Shown here: one piece after another, positions 24,602 through 36,339 of the stretch
How positions within the stretch are numbered: position 1 is the stretch's first letter
How the letters are laid out: the number at the start of each line of letters is the position of its first letter
Assembly: GCA_964106915.2 (NCBI GenBank)
Contig: OZ066915.1
Source of the DNA: Podarcis gaigeae
Lineage: Eukaryota
Length of the DNA stretch: 64,000 nucleotides
Direction: 5' to 3' (one strand)
The notes under the pieces: model-generated
Told to the model about the DNA's origin: nothing
Database searches by the model: none
The model's input: only the letters and a program-made list of their open reading frames with translations
Position numbers and translations under genes: made by a program

Positions 24602-27600
24602 TTGGGGTCTGCCCTCCTGGGAGCGTTTGTAGAGCTGTTCTAATTAAGCTGATAACTTGTAGATAAAGACACAATCTCTCTCATTTTCTTACAATGGAAT
24701 GATCAGTGTCACTTCATTTTACAGCAAACCAAGTTCAAACTTGGAAACTCAAATATTTTTATTTCTGAATTGTAAACTTACCTGCCCACCCTCCTTTAAG
24801 GCAAGTGTTGGATGACTATTGACATTCAAAGCTTTAAATAAATTTCACTTCCTGCTACAAAGTTGTCTGGTTTTTTTTAATTAAATAGGTATTAAGTAAA
24901 ATAAAAAATATTAAATAAGCATTAGTTTATTGCACAATCATAGTATAAGCTGATTACTTGTAAAGCTGTATATTGAACATTCCATCTGAAGTTTAGTTTT
25001 GCATATAGTGAGGCTTGTTATTTAAATAAGCAAAGGATGAAGTGATTCTGGAGAGACTTGTTTGGAATATGTTCTGGGATGTTAAGACATGCAGGTACAT
25101 TCAGAACAGACCCAGGATGAGTGCTCTACCTGGAGCTGTGACAGTGTTGCGTGAGCACAGGGCCAGTAGTGGTAACTGCACCAGAGTGAGCAAAAGTTCT
25201 GAAGCAGAGAACTTGTGAGATAAGAGCCTTGTCCTTTGGATTTGCTGCCACTCACCTTGTGACTCCACCTTGGTTCTCACCTGCCACATTATGCCCAGGA
25301 ATTAGTGTAGGTTTGGTTGTGTACAGTGGTGACAGCGGGAACTGAAGTAGGAACAGGGATAACTGACCTGACGAGGGGATGAGAGCACCAACCTCTTTCA
25401 TGGCCTTGACCTGCTTTGTGAGGAAAGGACAAAGTGTTTTTAAAGTGCTTTTTTAAGAGTTCACGTTACTATACACCCTTGCATCATTTTGTTTCGTTTA
25501 GCACTATACAATACACCACATGATGCAGTATTTCATGAAGTAGGAGTTTACAGGAACACTGCCTAAGGTGTTGGAACTTAGTGCTGAAGTACTGGATTAT
25601 CCTGCAAACACCCACCAAAGAAACAATATATGCAACAAAGCCCACTGGCAGCTCTGTCCATCTGTTTATTATGGCAACACTATTGCTGGACAGTCATGTT
25701 GACTATTTACCATATCTAGTGCCATAGTATATCCTCTTCCATCACTGCCCTGCAGTGGTCTTTTGGGTTGTGGTAGGGTGGGGATGAGCAAAGAAAACTG
25801 TAAATGAAACATTAATTAATATATATTTCAGTTCTTCTAGATGCCCTATTTCTGGCCAGTGTTTCAATATTCACAGCTCCTAAGTCAGAAATAACATTTT
25901 AAAGAGTTTGAGGGTGTTTCTTCTGCTAGGCAGTGGACAAATGACCCCCCTTTTGTTAAGCAGCCCTTAAACATGTTGCTCACTGCATCACTGTAATGTG
26001 CAGTTAACCTTTGTTTCACCTTAAGCTCAGTTTCCAACCGTGTTTATATATACCTCAGTTCTTCAAAACTTAGCTCATCTTTATTGGAATAGGACAGCCT
26101 TCCCCAATGTGGTACCCTCCAGATATTTTTGAGTACAAACCACATTATCACAGGTCACTGGTTGGAGCTGATGGGAATTGGAATCCAAACTGGAGTTGTT
26201 TCCTTCGAAAGGAAGTACTCTCTTAATTTGAGAGCTATAAGAAAAGGGTTGACCAATTTGCAGCTAAAGTCTAATGAATTTCACAAGTACTGATTACACT
26301 GAGTTATTGTATCACGATGGGAAACCATATTAAAAAAAAGAGCATGCACCTGTCTAATTCAAAGACAAAGAACTAAAATTTCTAGATACCTTAAATGACA
26401 GTGCTGTAGAATAGTTGGTTATGGCAGCAACTATAGACCTGTTATTGAGTGGCTCCCAGGACCTGGTACAAGAGGTAAAATTAAATTTAAAATTCCCTAC
26501 ATGTTTTTATTTATAATTTTAATGATAAGTACATTTATAATCTGCCCTATCCTGTTGGTTTAGTGTTCCATATATACACATTTAATCTGGTTGTTAAATG
26601 TCAGCACAAAGAGGAGAATTCTACAATTGTTTTGCAAGTATTTTATTTTGCTATTCAACAACATTTCTTGGCTCATTTAAATTTTTTTTAAAAGGAAAGT
26701 GACTTCTTTATTTTTATTTCCTGAGAATCGGCCATCTTAGAAATAAACCACTCCATAATGTCTGTCTGATAGTGTGAAAGCCTATGTAAGTTTGTATTGT
26801 GCATATCCATGTAAGATTTAATATTTTTGGTAATCTGAACAGTGTGTTTACAGCCACCCTGAATAAAGTTACTGATTTTATAAGTAAAGTTCCCTAATCA
26901 GACTGCTACCCAGAGAAATTACAAACAGGTTGTTACTGAAAGGTTGTAACTGTGGCTGGATTTATTGTTTTTTCTTTTATAAATAATTTGGGTTCTGTTT
27001 TGTAGTATACCTCAAACTTCAGGTATTTTACAATCTAGCCCTTCCAATCGCTTTGTCATTGCTATTTCTTACATTAACTTCATGTGAGCTAATCTCACTC
27101 ACATTAGCTGCACATGAGCCACTTTCTCACATTAGTGTCCCATGCATGAATTGATCTTTCTCTTCTGATGCTGTAAATGTAAGAAGGGTTTTTGGTCAAT
27201 TTGTCATGAATGAATTTGAGGGATCGCAACTTTATTTGCTGTTCTTAAATGCTGGCCCAGGTTAAGCAAAATTTGTGTTGGATATTTTATGTTGTAGCAT
27301 GTAGGTTTCTTTCACTCAGATCAGAGCAATACAGTGATGCTAGCAAATTCCTTACTGCTTGAGTTATTCTTTGTTCTCTCTAATTGTAGCTGCCCCAGGA
27401 ACAATTTTGCCTACAATTGACTACAAAGTACAGAAGCTAATTCAATACCATCAAGATTTTCAGTATTTATGGTTGATAGTTGGCTCAATCTGTAACTGGG
27501 TGATTTTCGAGTACTGTACTCAAAATTTAGTGTATAGAAGCACATTGAAAATCTTAGGTCAATATGCAACATCAGCCACCAGGAACACACACCAATTTGA

Positions 27601-27904
27601 ACCACCTGTTGGATCCCAGTAGTTTCCTGAGCTTTAGTAAAGTGCTAATGACCTTTAGAGGCTTGGCTTTTGATACCTCTCTGCACCTGGCCTGGGGCGG
27701 GGCCTGACAGGCCTCATAAGGACTGCTCCTGTGACTGCTGCCCAGCAAGCACTGGGGTATTCCAGCTGAAGTTTGGAAGAAAAAGTTTGCTGGTAGGTTC
27801 AGAGAAACTGTTTCTTAGCACACATTTCAGCTTAGAGCATTCATTGTTTCAATACGTGATGAAGGCTCCTAGCTTAGATGGTTCTCTTGCTCTCTCTCTC
27901 TCTT

Positions 27905-28790
27905 TTAAAGGTCTAGACAAGTTAATGGAGATTAGATACATCAATGACTATTAGCAGTAGTAACTAATGAAAAATGGGTATTCTATCTGCTTAACAAATA
28001 CGGGGTAGTTGTTGTCTTCATGATCTGCTTGTAAACTTTCCTATGGCATCTGACCAGTTACAAAGTGCTGGATTAGATGGATCATTGTTGCTGTGATCCA
28101 CTTAGGCCATTCTTTTCTTGCATTCTAGTAGATCAGGTTATGCATTTTAGCTTACGTTCCCTAGTTTACAAAATTTATGAAAGTAATTACAGAATAAACT
28201 GTACAGGGTTTTTTGGTTTAACGACAAATGTGTTGCCACTTTGGTATGTAAATAGTGTTGAAAAATGGAAACTTAATGGGAATCAGTAAACTGTTAGCAG
28301 GTAAATCTGAGATCCTATAGATTTGTGCTTGATTGAATGGTTCTTGGTGGCTTTATAGTTTCATTTGTCAGTTTAATCATCATTCCCTTGACCTCAAAAA
28401 CTGCAAATCACAAGTAGCTCCACACTTTACAGAGTAATCATCTTTCCTTGGGATACACAATGGTTTCCCATAGGCATCTGGTTGGCCACCTTGAGAACAG
28501 AATGCCAGAGTACATAAGCTTTTGATTTGACCTGGCAAGGCTCTTCTTTTGTTCTTACAGTGTGACCAGCACACATCCTTAACAGTTTGTGAACAAATGA
28601 AGCTGCCTTATGGAAGCAGACCATTGGTCAACCTCATTTGTATTTGTCACTCCAGCAGCACTGGATTGCTGATGTCTGAGGCAGACAGTTTCCCCACTTC
28701 TTGATATCTGGAATTCTTTTGAATTGTGTATGGTAGGGATCAAACATGGGGACTTATGCAAGCAAAATACTTCCTCCAAATATATTGGGG
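27905..28790. mobile_element. Cluster of decayed CR1 3' ends (+; about 27905-28120 and 28460-28558) and an old SINE (-; about 28600-28790)
   Basis: 'aaggtctagacaagttaatggag...atcaatgactattagc', 'ggcatctggttggccac...gttctta' and 'gaagctgccttat...agaccattggtc' motifs. Confidence 0.5.
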
Positions 28791-31700
28791 AGATGTGGCC
28801 CAGTTGGGGCTCCCTGGCATGTTTAGGCAGGTGTTGTATACCACACGTCTTTCCTTTTACACTTCGTTTGCAGCAGGAAATATTGGTGTAACAGCATTGA
28901 TGGGTGTAGTATTACATAATGTTTCAGGTAACGTTTTGGGGAAGTGAACTCCAACTGCCTATGACAGTCATCCTTGCCTTCTATCAAAGTTCTCCTTTCC
29001 GCAGAACCTGCTTCTTCTGCAAAGCAGGACCATCCTACCCTCATATTTTCCTGTACTGTACTGTCTGCTGTCACACCTATATCTCCCCCACCCCCATGTG
29101 TTGGTCAAACTGTTATCTTCTTTCATCTCTCGCCTGTCTGTTGTATCCAGAGCCCTACAAACATGGATCGTGTCAGTTCTTCCTTCCATACAGGCCTTTA
29201 ATTGTTGGTCCTAGATGAAGAGTAGAAGCTGGAATGGGAGTTATCACTACTTTTGGAATGGTTAGCAGAAACATCAGTTTCTCAAATTCTATTCTAGAAC
29301 TCTGTACCCATTACAGTTAATACCTGGACACAGCGATGATGATTTTCTTTTGGAAAGGCGGCTACCTTCCGATACTAACAAATATATGTCTATAAATATT
29401 CTTATAATGGTTCTGCTTCCACAGTGGGCAGATAATAAAGTGTTCTTCATTACAGAGATTCAGAGAGGTGCATGAATTTTTAGCAATGAGTATAACAGGA
29501 TTGCAATTTTCTGGCACAGTGAATGGGGTTGGGGATGAAGTTAGACTATTTCCCCAGCTGTGAGCCATTCGTGTAGTTTCAAATTAGGATTGAGGGAAAT
29601 CTAGCAATGAAAGTTAGGTTTGTCAACAAAGGAAGCTGTGTAAATTAGCACTAAAATCACTTGATTTTCACCCAGACAAAATTTTTCTATAAAGGTTTTA
29701 GAAGCAATCTTTCTCTGCTTTTCGGCTCCTTTGATGAAAGACATATTTTATGTAAAGTGAACTGGGGCACTTATAAAGTAGTAGACTTCTCTCAAGTGTG
29801 TAACAAAAATACTGGAAAATGCTTCAGAAAATAGGGTGGCTATAGAACCATAGAACTGTAGAGTTGGAAGGGACAACAAGGATCATACAGCCCAATAGTG
29901 CAGGAATCTTTTGCTAGGCTAGATCCGGAAGTGGCCCACCCACTGCTTATTACTTTTGACAGGTAGGTGGGACCACCTGTGACACTTAGATGACATTGGG
30001 TGATATCAGATGTGTGATATCACTTTGAAAGGAAGAATTTGGCAAATACTTTGAAGTGCCCTCTTCATTCTTCCTTTGGAGCCACGGCTTGAATTTCAAG
30101 GCACAGCTTAGTTAAAATACAAGTCCCACTTTCAGCAGCGATCTGCTCTGCTCAGGGACTCTGATATGGAGCTCCTGAGTGTAGCTGATTAAAGCAGGGC
30201 TTGCTTTCAGTGCTGAGTTTAAATTCAGTGCTCAATGCAAGCCCCACTTTCAGCAGGGATGGGTCCACTCAGGAGCTTCCAAATGGAACTAATCCCATTA
30301 GGACTTTCCTTTGGCATCAAATTTAAAGGCACTGAATGCAAACCCCTTTTACAGAAGAACAATCGGGAGCACATTATGCACCACAGCCCATTCAAATGGG
30401 TCTTGTGGGCTGAATTAGGACCACAGCAGGCCTAATTTGCCCTGCAGCCTGAGCTTTCCCACCCGTGTCTTAATCTGTCAAACATAAGCACCCTGTGAAG
30501 ATTACCACTGGGGCAATGCACTTCAGCTCTGCCTCTACCTGAAACTTCAGGCTGTACTTGAGTCAGAAACATCTAAAACTTTTTGAAATATATGATACAG
30601 GGATAACATCATCTTCATCTCTGGAATGTTTTGAGAATCACTATAGCGTTGCCTAGATAATATAAATGTGGATGACACAAATGTCACTGTATTTCAATAC
30701 ATATATGAATAGGTCTACATATATTTAAATGAGTTTTTAAAGTTGTAGTGTTTGGCTGTGGTTTCTGTGAGAAATCTGTGTTAGAGACAGCTTGGAAATC
30801 TGCAGGAGGAAAACCTACTGCAAGTCTGTATTATTTTCTTGGTACCATTTATGTCAAAACCAGACTCTTTGTGACACATAAGTGACAGAACAGGGAGTCT
30901 GCCAATTCAGCATCACTCTCATGGGCCTCACTAGGAATTGCAGCTATGTTGACCAGCTCGTCAGTGTACCAAACAAGGAAAGTTGTGTTGTATATTTGGT
31001 TTTGTTAGCCAGTTATAGACCACAAGCAGAATTTTATAGCTTTTTAGGCAGGGAATGCTCTGAAAACACTTGAGGCTCTGTCAGGCAAACACAAGGCAGA
31101 GTAGTGTAGCTAGATTTTTTACTTCAGTAATTACAGAAACACCCTAGGCCTTTCTGGTTTTATAAACAATGAAATACTTGATGTTTAGCAGGAATTATTG
31201 TCAAGACCTTCCTTTCCAGTATGTTGATACTGAGTGTTGAATTCTCCTGTCCACTGTACAGTTATCACCCCTTTCTAGCTCCAGCCCCTCTGAACATGCT
31301 GCCAGTTTTACCTCATCAGACCCTATGTGACTGAGGGGTATTTTAATTTGTTTGAAAGGAGTGAAGAGAGGATATAGGCGAGAAGAGCCGCTGGCAAAAG
31401 CTCTGTTCTGTGGAGAGAGTTGGTCAAGTAAACGTGTTGGGAGTGGAGATATCGGGAACAAAAGTAACAAATCTTTTAGGAAAACAAAAACAAATGTTTT
31501 GCAGGGTTTATATTTTCTATTTTTTGTTGATGAAATGCCTGAACCCTCAGGGTCAATACAAGTAGTTCTTAAATAGTGGGTTGTTAGCTTTGCTGTATGT
31601 TCCTAATACTAAGTGTTGAATACGATATAATGTGACATATGATGCTCTCTGCCTAATGGACTATCCCTTGTTCTGGAAATTAGGGGGATGTAATCTTGTT

Positions 31701-32490
31701 TCTGGGTTTAATAGGTAAAAAAGAATGTTGCTGGTTGCTGCTTTGTGCATGAGGTGTTTGTTGATGTGTGAAGCTTTTTAACTCGAAAAGCTATAGCATA
31801 GCTGTATTTTTCTTCTTCACTGGCAGCATTGAGAAGCTAGAGTATTGGAGCAAATTATTCTTGATGGCCAAAGCTGACAAATAACAGAGGGAGTGCAATA
31901 GATGTAGGTAGAAAGCAACCAGTTTTGATACCTCATACCTAATCTACAGAGTCCTGCATTGGTTTATCCCAATTGATCATGTGCTTACAAGTGACTTGCT
32001 AGACGTGGGGCTAAACTGGGAGTTGTAGGCCCTTAGACATTGACCTTCCTGTGTTTGATGTCACGGTGTTTGTATGGTCCTGTCAGTTTTTCTTGTGTAA
32101 ATTTTTCACTGGGAAGGGTGGTACCTTGTAACCAAATGTCATGATATTGAGGAAACACACAGAATGCTAGAACTGAAGTCGAAAGATGCAGTGTCCTAGC
32201 AACATGAGAGAAACATTCACTACTAATAAAGTTGCAGTTCTGCAGGGTGCCCTAGTGAGCACAAAGCAGCTAAAGAGTGAATTTTCAAAATGAGATCTCT
32301 TTGCTAGCTTCTGTCATGTTGTTGTGTACCCAGTGACAAAAGATGTGGGTATGGGTGGAAGGTTTCTTATGTGGTCTGCAGCGCATTAAAGCCTAAGAAC
32401 CACTGAGCAATCGTAAGGGAAGTGAAACAATATATATATATATATTTAACAATGTTTGAAAGGCTGTTTTTCTTCTCATTTGACATGCAG

Positions 32491-32514
32491 CAAGGACATA
32501 TGGGAGAAGGCGAG
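32491..32514 (+). CDS. CPEB4: CPEB4 24-nt neuronal microexon (exon 4), encodes (A)RTYGRRR
   Basis: tttttcttctcatttgacatgcag|CAAGGACATATGGGAGAAGGCGAG|gtaaca; phase 1-1 and frame-preserving. The peptide ARTYGRRR matches the known CPEB4 microexon. Confidence 0.95.
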
Positions 32515-33086
32515 GTAACAACATTCCTCTTTAATTTTCTGATGTTTAAAATGTCTCTTGGCACAGCTAATGCACAATCTGCTTCTGTAAGGAGGACTGG
32601 AAGCAGTTTTTTTTTAAAAAAAGCCAGGCTTCCTCAATTTGCATGCTGTGGTAACCTTTGGTAACTTAATGTAGTGGCTCCCAAAATTAAGACTACCTAG
32701 GCAGAATTAGGATAGTTATACTGAGGCATGGGGATGAGGAGGCGTCAATCAGTGTTACTACAGTGTAGACTATATAATATATAGAGAGGTCTGACCTTAT
32801 GTGTGGGTGTGGGTGGTTGTTGCTTAGAAAAGCACCTAAGTGACTTGGGCTCCAGGTCTATTTTTCAAAGGGCCATGATGCACTGTAATAGGAAAAAGAC
32901 AATGGTTATCATATGTATTCTGACATGGGTGATTTAATACTGCTTCTTAAATAGTGTGCCCTTGTGGAATCAGATTGCTTTTCTGGTTCTCTCCTGTGAA
33001 CAAGCTAAAAATCTCTGTGTCTGAGAGGTGCCTGGAGCCTTGGAACTGTAATTGTGTGTTTTGAAGAGCTCCTCAGCTGCTGCTTC

Positions 33087-33217
33087 ATAATAATAATAAT
33101 AATAATAATAAATAAAAATTATATGCCATCCATCTGACTGGATTGCCCCAGCCACTCTGGGAAGCTCCCAACAAAAAATAGTAAAAGCACAATACATCAC
33201 ACACTAAAAACTTCCCT
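33087..33217 (-). mobile_element. L2-type LINE 3' end with (TTA)n tail
   Basis: (TAA)n followed by 'ccatctgactggattgccccagccactctggg...aaaaacttccct'. The same family occurs in + orientation at about 60715-60915. Confidence 0.6.
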
Positions 33218-36165
33218 AGCTTGGGTTGGGGGCACTAGCAATCATAATTTGAAGTTGGGGGGAGTTTCATGTCATTTGTGAAAATGGATCCTGGCAATTA
33301 AGTCACTTAGGTGCTTTGTGGAATGAGGGAACTGCATTGCTCGGACTTCATCCTCTGAACTTGCATGTTGAGTAAATAACCATGAATACATGCCACTTTG
33401 CTTAGCTTCTTCAACACTTTCTTGCTTGGGGTGAGGGTAGCATTTCTGCAATAAGAATAGAGTAGTAAGGAGAGTTAATACTAAAGAAAAGGAAGAGTGG
33501 CTATATGTAGTCCAGGAAAAGGGTCTGCAAATTTAGTTTTCAAAGAGAATTCATCCCTTTCAGTGGGTTTCAGATCATTACATTACAAAGCAAATGTTCT
33601 AAAATGCTGGTAATGATAATGGGATTAATATTGTTGTGCTCATCTTCTAAACAGGAGTTGTATTTTTTTGATAGGTTGTGGTAAACTGGTTCACTGTTTA
33701 TTAGTGACTCAGATTTTATTGACATGTTTGATTTCTGGGGGCACCCCTTGATCAGAGAGGTGAGGCGTTTGAGAGGAGGAGACAGATCTTCTTACACTGA
33801 TCTACCCTTTAGCCCTTCAGCCAAGAACCTTACAGTTGCCACTTACCATGTCAAAAGGAACCTATGACATTCCTGTTGCTGCCCTTGTTGAATGATCACA
33901 TAGAGGAAAGCATGACAGTGCCATTGACAATATGTGTAGCTTGCCATATTCAGTATATAAGGAACAATGTTTTCAACCATCTTGGTGTACTCTAAATAAA
34001 ACTGCACTGTGATGTTTCATCAAAAAGGGATTGTAACACATTTTTTCCTTCTGTGTGAATGTTAATTTAAAAGAAACTGGAACACTAGCCAGAAACACAA
34101 GTTTCCAGCCTGTCTTGAAATGATACAGGAAGTTAGGTGCTAAAGTGATCAGTTTTGTCTATATGAATGTTAAGCGGTATGAAACAAAGTACCACTTTCA
34201 CAGTAACATATACAGTAAGTACCATAGCAAGGAGACCCCTACATAATTAATAGCAGAATGATTCTTGAAACATGGCTTTCCTAGATAATCCATTAATCTT
34301 GTATAACATCAAGGTACTGGTTACTATTAGGAAACAAAACCACCTAGAGTCTACATCTGTCTGTGGTGATACATCTGTACCTGGACTATATCACTTCAGT
34401 CTGAAAGAGTGAAGAGTCACAGAACCAAATGTTTCCTTTGCAAAAACATCATTGTACATTGAAAGCTGGCATATTAGGGGTAAGGCTAGGCTATAACCTT
34501 TTCCCCTGACATGCTAATCTTATGTGTGTGGGGACTTTTCTTATATGGAAAAACACACAATTGCCTAAGTTCTCACTTCTCGTATGTAGTGGCACAGCCA
34601 AGACTGATGAATGAGCCTCAACTTGTTTCATGTTGGCTAGGAAATAAGCTGAGAAGTAACCAGTTTATTTCTAAGCCAACTACCCTTTGTTTACTGGATT
34701 TTACTCATCTACTAGTGGTGTTCTGGCTCAGGCAGTAGTGGTAGCAAGCTGCAGGGAAAAGCAAAGGAGGGGCGTCTCACTCTTCCTTTCCCTCATTCTC
34801 ATAACAAAATCAGGGAAATGTAGTTTTCCCAACAACAATGTTGGTAGGCACTAGAAAAAATGATTTTCCAGGGGTTAATTGTGGCTCACGTACCTACGAA
34901 GGTAGAAGAAGGAAACCTTCTTTCCTTGCTGATACCACCATTGGAGATGAAGGGAAGGACCTCAATAATGTTTGAGGTCAATATTCATTTTGGTGGTGCA
35001 TTTCTATACTTTTGTGATGACCAGTGGTTTTTGCAAATAAATTTGGCTGGTTGCTTAGTGGAGGAAGTTTGGGAATAGGCTAGTGGGTAAGAAGGGAGTG
35101 AGTGGGTAGAAGTTTGGGAGTCTGATTGGATGGAAGAGGAATTATTCTATAGATAAGAATAAAACCTGAGCTGAAGAAGAGTTCAGGGGTTACAGTAATA
35201 CTTGCTTCAAGGTTGGGGGCAAGTATTAAGTTTTTATTCTGCTTTTCCTCCTGAAGTTCAGTGAGGCATGCATTGTTATTCCTTCCCCATTTTATCCTCA
35301 AAGCAGCCCTGTGAGGTAGGTTAGGCTAAGAGAGAGAGACTGCTCCAAGGTCTTCCCAGCACTAGTCTAATAACCTAACAATTATGTGATGCTGTATGCC
35401 AAGCATTATGAGACCTATGAAACTCATACTTCCAGGAAGAGTTACAGCATTAGTTGGTTTACTGTGTCAGTAAAAACTAGGGCTAAAGAATTTCAGATTT
35501 GGGGAGGGGAGTATTTATTTGTTAATATATTTTACTACTGCTGTCACATTGTGACTGTTCATGATTTCAAGTCTCTGAGATTAAAGTGTAAATTAGATAT
35601 GGGATATTTCACTTCATCTGAACTATGCAGTTATATGGGGTTAGCCGAAATCTTGCAACTTGCAATGCCACAGCATTCTTCATACGATATTGGGGAAAGG
35701 CACCAAAATTATTCTTAATATATTTGATAAAGCATTTATTTGCAGCATATGTTTGAAAAATATTCAATTTGGTGTGTGTTGAGAAGAGAATTGGGGGATA
35801 TATTGACGGTAGAGGTTATCCATTTAATGATTTTGATTGTGCTTGTATTATATTATGGTACATTACCTTGAGCTGCCTGCATAACAGCTGACAGAAAAAT
35901 ATTGAATTAATAAATAATATTAAAATGAGGTTTTCCTATTTTGTTTCATAGATAGCATTAACAGGGCATCTTCGTATACCAAGAGGTCAGGCTGTAGGAG
36001 TAAGAAAGACATGTAGTTAATGTTACTGTTAATTATGTACACAGAAGGGAAAATGCTCTGACATGTCTGATGTAACAGTTATTATTAATGAAATAATTGT
36101 ATCTATCCAAATAGAATTTTCTTCTGTTAGTATGTTTTGCATTTCCCTCCTCTTTTCCATTGTAG

Positions 36166-36339
36166 GTCAGTCTTCACTGTTCCCAATGGAAGATGGTTTT
36201 TTGGATGATGGACGTGGGGATCAGACGCTCCATAGTGGCTTGGGATCACCACACTGCTTTTCCCACCAGAATGGCGAGCGAGTGGAACGGTACTCCCGCA
36301 AGGTGTTTGTAGGTGGTTTGCCACCTGATATTGATGAAG
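36166..36339 (+). CDS. CPEB4: CPEB4 exon 5 (GQSSLFPMEDGFLDD...RKVFVGGLPPDIDE), start of RRM1
   Basis: ttccattgtag|GTCAG ... GAAG|gtatac; 174 nt, phase 1-1. Contains the CPEB4-type 'GQSSLFPMEDGFLDDGRGDQ' sequence and the RNP2 motif VFVGGL. Confidence 0.97.

Noticed and set aside
1-36165. HDV-like CPEB3 ribozyme in an intron
   Set aside because: The gene is CPEB4, judged by the exon 5 and C-terminal residues. The ribozyme is known from mammalian CPEB3, and I saw no matching sequence; an Infernal search would be definitive.
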